Positions 40,501-52,500 of a stretch of 64,000 nt of DNA are shown here, in pieces. Position 1 is the stretch's first letter. Each line of letters starts with the position of its first letter. The position numbers were made by a program, and so were the translations under genes. This stretch comes from Phoronis australis (Eukaryota > Animalia > Phoronida), in NCBI GenBank assembly GCA_002633005.1, contig NMRA01000068.1, forward strand, positions 160,453 to 224,452. Direction: 5' to 3'. The notes beneath the pieces were generated by a model. The model saw only the letters and a list, made by a program, of their open reading frames with translations, did not search any database and was not told the origin of the DNA.

Positions 40501-43500
40501 CTAACATCACCTTCAGTTCTGACTTTGCCGAATTGCTCGGATGAATTTGTGCTAGATTGTGATGTGTCCGACCTGGCAATTGGAGCCAGTCTGTATCAGG
40601 TCTAAAATGGCATAGAACGCGTAATATCTTATGCTAGTTTTGCCCTGGTGGATGAGCATAAGCGTTATTGTACCACGTGTAAGGAATTGCTGGCTGTCGT
40701 TCGTTTTACACACCATTATAGGCACTATCTACTCGGATGACAATTTCGTGTTCGTACCGATCACAACAGCCTCACATGGTTAATGAACTTCAAATCCCCT
40801 AGTGGTCAAATTGCTCCTTGGCTATTGCAGCTACAATTTCCTGGGATGAAGATTGAATACCGTCCGGGCGCAAAACACGTGAACGCAGATGCGCTCTCGC
40901 GTATCCCTGTGGACACGTGAAACAATTATACCTTGGGTGTTCAGCCAAGCGATCCTTGTGGTGGTTGCAGTACGTGCTGGAAATCACATAACGACCAGCA
41001 CAAGTTTTCATCTGAGGTGAACGATTCAACGTCACTTGCATTCTTCCCCAAGGTAGACAAATGTGTTGGCACTAGGCAAGTGACTACGAATCCCAACTCC
41101 AACCCTAGAACAGTAACTAAGTCACTTTTTCCGTGTGACCTTGAAGAGACAGATTTGGCACTGTCCATTACAGCTTCAGATTGTGAGGATAATGTAAAGT
41201 TTGATCTTAAGCCTGATGGTTGTTTTATTTACAACAGTACAACACCTCTAAGTGTTCATTTGAATGTTTTGAATATTTCAGCTAAACAGGTTGCAGATCC
41301 TGATCTTTCTTTCATTATTAATTGGTTCAATAATAGTATAGTGCCATCTGATCATGATTTATTTCTAGCCAGCCCAGCTGCCAAGTTCTACTGGATTAAC
41401 AAAGACTGTTTTCAACGTCGGGATGATATTGTCTACTGGAAACGTCCAGAAGATAATAAGCTGTTAACAGTAGTTCCTGCTGATTTGAAAGGGGCTGTAC
41501 TAGAAATGTGTCATGTTATTCCTTCAGCAGCCCACCAAGGTATTGCTCGTACCAAACTCAAGATCAAGAGTAAGCACTTTTGGTATGGGTTGACCAAAGA
41601 TGTGCAGCTGTTCATCGCATCGTGTTCCGCATGTAACAAGAATAAGCAGGGAACAAGACATGGTCGGTCTCCTATGATTCGTTTTCATGCTGGAGCACCG
41701 ATGGAGCGGGTACACATCGACTTTCTTGGTCCACTACCTGCATCTCCACGTGGTAACCAACATGTGTTGATGATAGTGGATCAATTTACTAAGTGGGTGG
41801 AATGCATTCCCCTACCTTCTCAAACTACAGAAGTATCGGCTACAGCTGTCATTAATGAATTCTTTGCTCGTTTCGGATATCCCTTCCAGATTTTCTCTGA
41901 TCAAGGGAGAAATTTCGAAAGCAATTTATTCCGTGCTGAGTGTGAGCTTTTGCACATCCATAAGGCACATACAACTCCGTATAGACCCTCTGCAAATGGT
42001 CAAGTTGAGCGTTACAATAGAACCCTTACGGATGCGGTAAGATGCTATGTAACTTCCAGATGGATTGGGATCTATACATTCCTCAAATCGCTCACGCGAT
42101 CCGTTCATCAGTAAATCGCCATACAGGTTTGACACCAAATATGATGATGTTGGGTCGTGAGGTCACTCAGCCGGTAGATCTCATGTTTCCTCCACCGTCT
42201 GGTGCTGACAATGACTCTCCGTCAGGGTATGTAGTTAAACTTCGCGCGGCTATTTCAAAAGCACATGAAACTGCACGTAGTGTTCTACAAACTAGTCAAT
42301 CTTCCATGAAGAAAGATTATGACCCATCTGTTTTTAAACATGTTTTTAAGGCAGGCGATCTGGTGTTTATCTTAGACTCTGCTTCAACTAAGGGCGTGTG
42401 TAAAAAATTGTCGTCTCCCTGGAGGGGACCTGGTATTATTATTGAAGTTCTAACACCAGCTCTGTACAGAGTTCGTGTGAAGAATACTGTCTCAGTTATT
42501 CACCATGATCGTATTAAACTGTGTAAAACTCGTCATGCTGACCTACCTGCTTGGCTTCAGCGGATAATGAATGTAGTTAACCAGATTCCTAACACTGACG
42601 ATCAGTTGTATTGTGTGTGTCGTCAGCCTGACCATGGTGGCCTCATGATCCAGTGTGACTCTTGTGACGATTGGTTTCATGGGGAATGTGTTAGTGTTAC
42701 GGCTGATGATGCATGTGATATGGATGATTACTGGTGTCCTCGGTGCAAGCTCTAACTTTTCTTTTTGTTGCAGAAGTTGTGTTCTCTTGTACGGATGTCC
42801 GGCTAAAAACCAACATGGACCTTTCACGGGTGACCTTCTCCGAAGGGGTCCCATGACGTGCAACAGTCTTCTGCTGTGTCTGATAAGACACCTGCGTCTT
42901 CGGAACCTATGGATGCGAGTGATGCTTCTGGCACCCCTGCCGTGTCAGAGGATGTTACTCCATGTGATCATTCCAGTGATGTCTCATTAACGTCACCTGC
43001 TCCAGTTCACAAGAAACCAATCAAGCCAGTTCCTAAAAAAGGGAACCGTGAACGAGGAAAGTTCGCTTGTCCCCTCTGTGGTTTAGTCGCCACGGGTGAA
43101 ATTCTACGGGAGCACAGCTTGACAAACCACCTACCATCAGTGTTCAATGTTGACTCTGTTCAGCGCTTGTCATCTTCCACTCTTCAGTGTGCACGGTTTC
43201 AGGCACTGAAGTCCATTTTCTTGCAAATTGAGGGAAGGGAACTTCAGCTTTATGAAGATATTCTAGACCTTGCAGGCCTGGCAATGAGAAGCGTGCTCCA
43301 CGTTCCTCCTGTAACCATGGAAGACGAACTTCAAGTAACGATCTCCTGTAAAGTTCTGGGTGGCCTACACCTTCAGGCCCTTTTGTTCTCTGTGGGAGGT
43401 TGATCAACCTGAGTCTCTGCATGCACTGGTTCGTAGTGTTGCAGTTGATGGCGAGAGTCCCCGAGCCGAATCGCTCTGTGTGGGCATTGTCTTTTGACAA

Positions 43501-46500
43501 CGGACCATGTGGCATTCCACCTGCACCTATGCCATCCAGCTTTCAGAGGCTCATAGTTTCGTCGATATCGTTGGGACCTCTCCAGTTGGTACCTCCTCAA
43601 CCAGTGTCATCGTCGGCATCTTCAACCCCCACCTTGGAAGGGGCAATCGACTCGCATTTTTATATGTATCGTCTAACATCGGCTTATCGGTCCAAAGGTA
43701 ACGTCTGCGGAAGCTGTATGCTGTCCGTTGCAGATCTTCTAGCAACCAAGCTCCACAGAGTACCTTACCTTCTAGTCAAGCTGTTGGGCGGTGTTCTTGT
43801 ATTTTGTGACCCAACCGAGTACTCCTGTCATCCACTCAAGGAGTACCTAAAAGCTCTTCCCCGGGGGTTCAAGGCAGTCATTGGTGTGCATCCGAAACAG
43901 GAATCCAACTTTTCGGGTAATGCTAGGATTACCTTGTTCCGTCTCTTGCGGGAATCTGAAGTTGCCGGTCTGGGGGAGATCCGGTTTGAACAAGCCTTGG
44001 GAAAGGAAAAGCATCAGCGCCGGTTTGTGGAAGGCCTGATTTCGGAGTTCGCCAGCCTTGGACGTCGTCATAAGAGTGTTCGCGACAAGGTGGTGGTTCT
44101 TCACATCAGGGCAGCGTCACCATGCTCAAATTATGAGTGGGGTTTCCACACTGCTTTCGACATTCTTAGAGAGCAGCTATCTAGATTCCAAAGGATCCAT
44201 CTTCACACCTTCACTGATGATTCCGTGGCAGTGAGTAACTTCCACCGTGAGTTCCCGAACTGCTACTTCGGGTTCTCTGGTATTTGTAACACATTTACTC
44301 GCTGGCAAGTCCAAGCGTTACGGGAGGTGCCCGAAGACCGTCTTCTGTTGGAGACTGATTCGCCTCACCTGTCCTTGCGCGAGCGACCTAACTATCCACA
44401 GTTTATTGGAGAAGTTGCTGAAGTAGCTGCCAAACATCGTGACGTTTCGGTGGCTCAGATCCTCCAGCAGACCACTCGGAACGCTCAGCGCCTCTACAGA
44501 CTTTAGATCTGGGATTAGTAGCATAGTAGTGTATTTACATTAAATTTATATTTCGTTTCAGTGAAAATTATTAGACTGTTCCAGGGATGCTCGTTCACGG
44601 GTAGGTCTGTTCAGCTTCTGTTATATGATCATTAAAAAAAAGAAATTTTGAGAATCCTACTATGCTACCTTGTTGTTTATTGTTGTTCGTTACTATATGT
44701 TTTGTGTTTGTTACTTTTTCATATGGTAGTTTATTTTTCTAAATAGTATATTTTTCTAGTAAACTTTATAACATCTTTTTCTAGTCAACAGATATTTCAT
44801 TTTTTTGTAAATTGTGACCAGTATTTTTCAAATAGCCCCAGTCACGTACTTCTGTGAAGAATTTAGTTTTTTTAATGTAAATCCGGCCATTTAAAATTTA
44901 GTTCATAGTATTTTTCCTAGGGTAATTCATAATCTGTTATTTCTAGTATGTTAGATGTTGGTCAATTCTTCTTGTTTCTTCATTTAAGGGGGGGGGGGTA
45001 AAGGTTGAGTAGTATGTCTTTTTTCAGTAAGGTTTTTGTAATATTTCTCTATTTAGGGAGGGGAGGAATGTTGTGAATGTTGGTTTGTACGGTATCGTCT
45101 TTTGTGTTGTCTCGTGTGTTCGTGTTTGTTCGGGGATTTCCGTGAGTGGCCAGATGTTGGGAGATCTAGAATTAGCACGCGACTGGGGAGCTCCGTCTTC
45201 GTCTGGTCCTGCGACATGCAGGACGTCTGCGTTTGGCTCGCAAGATTAAGTGTGTATTCAAGCTTCCATATGAGTAAAGGTAAGCTGCACGCAAACCTGT
45301 ATTGAATTACAACACCATTTTCTTGTTAACTGCTCATCCAAGTTTTCTGATTTTTGCACCATTTGATTTCTCACACCAAGGACTTTTCAAAAATGTATGA
45401 CACATGGGTATTGTAAAAAAAATTAAAAAACGTCCTTCCTACTAGTTAGTGAACCTGTAGTAATGCAACACGCGCAGGAATAATGTTGTAATCGGCAACA
45501 TCATTGGCCCTTTGTTTTTCCTGTGGCGTCTTGTGATTGGTCTGTTTTTGTGTGTTCCCCGTATGTTCCCTATATAAGTCGTTGGCGCCACTGTCAGATG
45601 TTTTTTTTTTCAAGAACCGGCAAGACAAGTCATCCATGGTTGTCCCGCTTGGCGTCAACTGACCGACTTATCTCTTCATAGAAGAAAGCACTCTTGTGCC
45701 TAACTAGTGAACCTGTAGGAATACAACATTCAGACAAGTCATCCATGGTTGTCCCGCTTGGCATCAACTGACCGACTTATTTCTTCATAGAAGTAAGTAC
45801 TCTTGTGAACCTGTAGGAATACAACATTTGGCGTAGTCGGCACTAGTTAGGAGTATCATAAGAGTATTTGACCGACTAGTTCAGACGGCTTTTACCTGTC
45901 CAGGGCTTTTTCTTTCGTCCGGGGGGGAAAGTTGGAGAATTTAGTTGGTGCCGTGCTAACAGGTGGTTAGTACGGTAGCCAAGGGGTTCTTGGTCTTTAG
46001 GTAGAGTTGGTTTTAGGTTGTTTGGGCCTTATTTTTGGGTTTTTGAGGTTTATTTTTGGGTTTTTGGTATTTTTGGGTTTAGTTGCTGGTTCGAAGTGGG
46101 TGTGGTTCCCTTTTGACTTAAGTCACGTGGTAGGCAGTGTTTTGGTTAAAAACACCGATTCATTCCCTTACCTTTAGCCCTTCTGTACCGGATATATATT
46201 GGCCGTTGATAGTTAACCATGTCAGTAGGTTTCAAAATTCCTATTAACTACTGCCGTGAGTCAGACTTGTTAGATTTGCCGGGAGTTGACGAAGATATCG
46301 TCCTGCAAATAGTTGACTTCCGGGAGAGGTGTCCTATCAGTCGTCACAATATTTACCAGATATCTGACAATTGGATAGTGACCAGCGTGGTGACTGACCG
46401 GGTGGATTATTCCTTAACCCCCAGTTCAGGTTCCCGAAACTCTGATTTGCCGGCGGGGTTACCTCAAGTGGCTGAATAGGTCCCCTAGTCCTGAATTGGG

Positions 46501-49500
46501 TAGAACCACTAGGTACCGAGGGGGCTCCCGATACCAAGTCGATGAGGGTAGACGAGACAGTGGCATAAGTCCTGGCGTCCTCCTCCTAGTAGACGAAGAG
46601 GGTATTCGGGAAACATAGGAGGTAGGTGTGACAGCGGTCTGGATCCCGACACTTTTACTTCTCCTGTTCGCCCAAGGGGGTACTGGGAAAATAGAGAGGG
46701 AAGGCGCGACAGAGGCGGAAGTCCCGGCCCAAGAAATGCCAGGGAGTATAAAGTGGATTCGCATGCTCCTCAACATTTAGTTCTCAAGGGCTTGCGAAAT
46801 ACCTGCAAAGATTTCCACTGGAAGTTTAGCCGTTTTGCTAGGGAAAACTTCTGGTCTGGGGATAACTGTTTAGCAGAGCTAAGTCTTTGCAGTGAAGGGG
46901 ATGCACTCTGCATTCTTTGTAATTTTACAGAAAGTCGGCCAGAGGCATTGTATGACGAAGTAGTGGAAGCAATGAGGAAACGTTTTGGAGTTGCTTCGGG
47001 GGTGCCAGGAGTAGACCAACTACAATTTCACTCCACATCCCGAAAACAGGCCGAGTCCTTACATCAATGGGCTGACAGGCTGAATCATCTGTATTTTTCG
47101 GCCTTTCCAAACCCCTCAGATGGTGACTGCCATCAAGCCATACTCCGGTTTTGTTTGGGGTTAAGTGATCAGGATATAGGCAAGCAGGTGTTAAATGATC
47201 GTCCCGAATCCATAGACCAAGCACTGGTTCTAGCCGTGTGGATCTCTACGACGAAGGGCCTAATGCCATCGCGTAAGAGTGTTACCTTTAGGGGAGATGA
47301 ACTGAGCGAGGATGTTAGTAGGCTACGTCTCGTCTCTAGTCAAAAAAGGTCACCCATTAGGTTTTCGCCAATTTCGGGTCGCCAATCCCCACCTGATTCC
47401 CCCAACAGTTCTCCCAGGTCTAGCAACTTGGCAGAAAGGTACAGAGTGTTAGAGTCACGGTTAGATTTTTTGACAGAGGATAATAAAGCTCTGCATAAAC
47501 AAATGGACAATCTGTCCAAAGAAATGAACCAAAATTTCTCTAAAGTTGAAGGTCGTTTTTCTAAAATAGACACCAATTTAGAGAAAATGCTGGGTTTATT
47601 AGCCTCGGGCCGGGCGTCTCCTAAAAAATCTCCGTCCAGATCACCCAGCAATTCTCCCCGAAGAGTCGGAGAGTGTTTCAAGTGTGGGGAGACTGGTCAT
47701 TTTAAACATCCATGCCCCAATAAACCATCGGCCAATGTCAGACTAGCCTCAACGTCTCCAGATAGTTTAAACTGGAACGGACTGAAGGACTAGGTCTAAA
47801 TGCAGTCCATGATTCCCAATCAGGCCTGCCCAAAGACTATTCAACTCTGATTGGTTTGGTGGGAGGGATCAAAAAGCAGTTAAAACGTGCAAATAAAAAA
47901 TCTAAGAAAACGATTCGTTCCACGGGGGTTGGGACAGATTCTGAAGATTCTTTCTCACTAGCAGATTCCGACAGTGATTCTAATCCGGGTTCTCTTGCTA
48001 GTAAGGATACGTTGACTGTAGATCCACCTATCAAGTCAGATGTAGATCGAGCGCCGGAGGTAGTAAACATATGTAAACTATCTTCAAGTCGTACGTATTA
48101 TATTACCATAGAGTTGAAGGGTTCGAGGATAAATAGTATCCTGGATAGTGGTGCCGACAGTACTGTAATTTCTACCAGGGTATCTAAATTTCTCTCGGGT
48201 GTCCAAGCCGTGCACGATGTAAAGGTGACAACGGCCGCAGAAGGTCTGGCTCTTTGGGGGTTCAGAACCAATAACATTCCCATTACTATTAATTCCAAAA
48301 CATATCGAACCTCAGTGGTAGTTTCGGATATTCAGGATGATTGCCTCTTGGGGTTAGATATCATGAAACAATTGGGATGTGTTCTGAACATGAAAGAGGA
48401 TAAACTGACTATTGAGGGGAGAACAATTCCAATGGAATACGGTATCCCATCCACATATCTTCCTCGAGTGGTAGTGAACTCAAATGTTTTAATTCCTGCC
48501 AATACGGTGAAGAGGTTAAGTGGGATTGAATTTCCAAAGATTTCCCCCATGGTTATGTTTGATCCGTCTCAATCTTTAGATCCACGTATTTCAATCCCCC
48601 GCTCAATACATGACCCCCAATCCTGTTCTTCCCTTTTTGTTTTCAATTCATCGGAACATGGGTTGAGATTAACAGGAGGGACTATCTTAGGTGTAGTGGA
48701 ACCCGTGGAATCTGAAGGGGTAAAAGATACTCAGGTTCGGGAACAGTGCTCAGTTAAGGTAGCTAAGGTAAAGGAAACTCCTTGGGGTGTTGAGACACTG
48801 TCGGAGAGATTACCAAGGCGAACTCCTGGGAATGTTAATGCACTGTCGGGAGGTTTACCAGAAAAGCTGACTTCGCTGTTTGACCAATCTTCAATTCATT
48901 TAAGTGAGGGGGAAAAGTCACAGTTGAAGCTATTGTTAGAATTTGAAGATTTGTTCGCTGCCAGTGATTTGGATCTAGGAAATTTTACGGCAGTAGAGCA
49001 TGTCATAGACACCGGGACAGCAAAATCTATTAAAATGGGTATGCGCCGGACGCCAACCTGTTTTGTGCAGAAAGAGGAGGATAACCTAAAGAAAATGTTA
49101 AATGCAAGAGTAATTGTCCCCTCTATGAGTGACTGGGCCGCAGCACCTGTGTTAATCCGCAAGGCTGACGGGACAGTGCGTTACTGTATTGACTACAGGG
49201 CGTTAAATAGTGTTACCCAAAAAGATGCATGGCCTTTACCATTAATTGAAGAATGTATAGACCTTCTTGCTGGCAATGTTTGGTTTAGTAAGTTAGATGC
49301 AAACTTATTGGCAAATCAAAATCAGTGAGGAGGACCGTAAAAAAAACTGTATTCATTACAAAATATGGTTTGTATGAGTTTAGCTCTATGCCTTTTGATT
49401 TATGTGGAGCTCCTAGTACATTTTCTCGGGCCATGAGTCTTGTTTTAAGAGGTTTGAACTGGAACACGGTATTGGCATTTCTAGACAACATATTAGTGTT

Positions 49501-52500
49501 GGGTACCAGTTTTGAGGACCACCGGTCTAATCTTACAGGCATTCTTGCTCGTTTTCAGGAGTTCGGCCCGAGATTGAAACCCAGAAAGTGTGCCCTGTTC
49601 CAAAAGAAAGTAGAATTTCTGGGTAGGACGGTGGGTCCGGAAGGGTTAGAGATGTGAAATGACAACATTAAGAAAGTCCAAGAATGGCCTATTCCCTACA
49701 GTAAGAAACAGTGTCAAAGTTTCTTGGGTTTCGCAAATTACCATAGGCTATTCATCAAAGATTTTGCAAAATTAGCTGTATCTCTTTATGAGATTACAGG
49801 GTCGAAGAAAACCTTTCAGTGGGACGATGCACAACAGAATGCTTTCGATCAATTAAAGGTAGCTCTAACATCACCACCTGTTTTAGCCTTACCGAACAAA
49901 AATGACGAATTTATTCTTGATTGTGACGTCTCTGATAAGGCTATTGGCTGTTGTCTTTCCCAAGTCCAGAACGGATTGGAGCGAGTTATCTCGTACTCCA
50001 GCTTCGCTTTAGTGGACGAACAAAAACGTTATTGTACTACTCGAAAGGAGCTGCTGGCTGTTGTACGATTTACACACCAGTTCAGACATTACCTCTTGGG
50101 TAGGAAATTTAAAGTACGGACGGATCACAGTAGTTTGAGATGGCTGTTAAACTTTAAATCTCCTTCGGGACAATTAGCTCGTTGGATATTACAGTTACAG
50201 CAGTTTTCGGGTATGGAAATAATATACCGTCCCGGAGTTAAACATATCAATGCTGATGCTCTGTCACGTATTCCTTCGTCCTCCTGCCCTGCTTACAAGC
50301 TAGGGGTAGAACTCAAAGACCTTCCTTGTGGGGGTTGTCCCACTTGTTGCAAATCTCATAATGAATGGTATAATTTCGTACAGGAAGTTGATGACACTCT
50401 TCCTCTTGCACAACGCCCCAAGGCAGCCATGGCTGACAAAAGTACCAGTACCCGTGCGCGATCTGTGTATGTGTCCGATACGCACAAACACTCGCTATCA
50501 AATACGCTGTGCTAACAACGTCATTGCGGAGGATAGTGGCTGCCACCATATATACACAAGCAGTACGCGGATGGAGTTTAAGGCTATACAACGTGCCCTA
50601 ACCAAGCTGTCACTCCTAGACCTGGAGAATCACACCATTATCTTTGCCACCGATTCCATGGCAGTGTTGATGAAAGTTCAATCTGGAAACCTCCCAGCCA
50701 ACTGGGGTGTCTTCCGATCACGCCACCCTCATCATGTGGTGATCTGGTCTTTCGTACTTGGCCACGCCGGTGTCTTGATTAATGAGTGTGCAGATTACCT
50801 CGCTGGCTCATGCACCACCAACCAACCCCTCTACTTATATTCGGCTGACGTTAAGCTGCTGGCTCGCAAACGCAACCTCGAGCAGACTGCATCCCAGCTG
50901 GCTGAGTTCAATGATGGCAGCCGCCTGCTCGAAGCTGGTATTATTTATGGCCATGCTGCGAAGAGTCACAAGAAGGGCCGTGCCCGAGTGCTGTCTAATC
51001 AAATGCTTACAGGCAACGTCAGCCCTGGAGTTTTGCGCCTTCTGCTGTCACGGGGATGGTCTGGGGAGGGGATTAATGCACCAGCATATCCCCAATGATC
51101 CTGTCCGGAACAGGTATTATTACAGGTATTATTACAAACACTCGCTGTTGGATAGTCAAAACGTCCCAGAAGAGTTTATCCCTGACAACTTTGGAGAGGA
51201 GGGGTTTGCATTAACTATATGTAATCCCGAGTTGACGGATGTCCGTTGTATGGAAGACTGTTTTCTAATCTCCATAGATAGGGATGATCGAAACCCTTGT
51301 TTTGCGAGAGCATTGTCGATAGAGGATGAAACAGACTTTGACCGCCAACAGAGAGAGGACACAAAACTGACTTTCCCATTTGACTGGTTAGATAATGGTG
51401 TTGAACCTTCACAATTCCGCTTGTTTATCGCCAGCGCTACGGCCAAAAACTATTGGCTCAATAGGGAGTGGTTTGTTGTGTCGAATAATTTATTATATTG
51501 GAAGGCTCCAGATGAGGAAGATATTCTAAAATTAGTAGTGCCGGAGTCTTGCAAATCAGATATTATAAAGCAATGTCATGACTTACCCTACGCAGGTCAC
51601 CAGGGAATTGACCGTACCAAAGCGAAGTTGAAAGCTAAGTATTATTGGTGTGGTATCGCCGCGAGTGTAAAATCTTATATTGAAACATGTGCTGGATGTA
51701 ATTTAAATAAACAAGGTATAGGCCGCCATGGTAAGTTTCCCTTAATTACATTCCATGCAGGGGTGCCCATGGAACGCGTCCATTTAGATTTCCTGGGTCC
51801 ACTCCCTGTATCCGATCAGGGCAATGAATATATCCTCATGATGGTAGACCAGTTCACCAAGTGGGTGGAATGTGTAGCCCTCCCGTCGCAGATGGCAGAG
51901 GCCACGGCGAACGCTGCAGTGGGCCAGTTCTACCCTCAGTCCTTCCTGGACTCCTCGTCCAGAGAGGTCGGGCCATCGTCCTTTACAACCCCCAGGCCTC
52001 AGACCTCTACTTTAGCCCCTTCACCCCCCAAAAGATCTTGGACCTATGCCCAGGTTGCCTCCTGCACTGAGGCTCAATCTATACCACTCCATCCTGTACC
52101 GCCCAAGTCCCCAGTGGAGCGGAAACAGGTTCGTCCAAAGCGGTTGGCACCGGCAACCACCTCCTCGGCGAAATTGCCCTCTTTGTATGGTCCACCGTCA
52201 ACCGCCAACCTGCAGCCTGCTGCATCAGCCCCAAAACCAGAGACAGTCGATTCGCATTTCCACCTAGATCAGCTGACCTTTGCTTGCCAACGTTTTTCCC
52301 CTGACTTGGCAGGCCGGCTGCTTACCATTCCTGAAATCACTAATATGACGGCAATGCTCCCTTGTCCCTCAAAAAATCCCGTCCATTTAACAGGGGGCAT
52401 AGCGGTATTTTGTGATCCTATTCATTACAAGTTTGTGGAGAAATCCACTGAGGCGTTCCGTCGGGCTAGAAGGCTGCAATTGGCATCCATCCAAAAAACA

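Larger units (their letters stand above)
36342..45314 (+). mobile_element. Full-length degenerate Ty3/gypsy LTR retrotransposon copy B (family 2)
   Basis: LTRs 36342-36586 and 45069-45314 (TG..CA, highly similar); 4-bp TSD CCAT (36338-36341, 45315-45318); PBS TGGCGTAGTCGGC 36589-36601, complementary to the 3' end of tRNA-Ser; PPT 45055-45068; gag-pol-ORF3 order. Confidence 0.97.

Noticed and set aside
43400-44506. Host TATDN gene or bacterial contamination
   Set aside because: Intronless, inside paired LTRs with a TSD, and repeated at the same position in a second element family within a eukaryotic intron.
50328-51098. Second native RNase H domain of the gypsy element
   Set aside because: Bounded by a 13-bp TSD and absent from copy A: a secondary LINE insertion.
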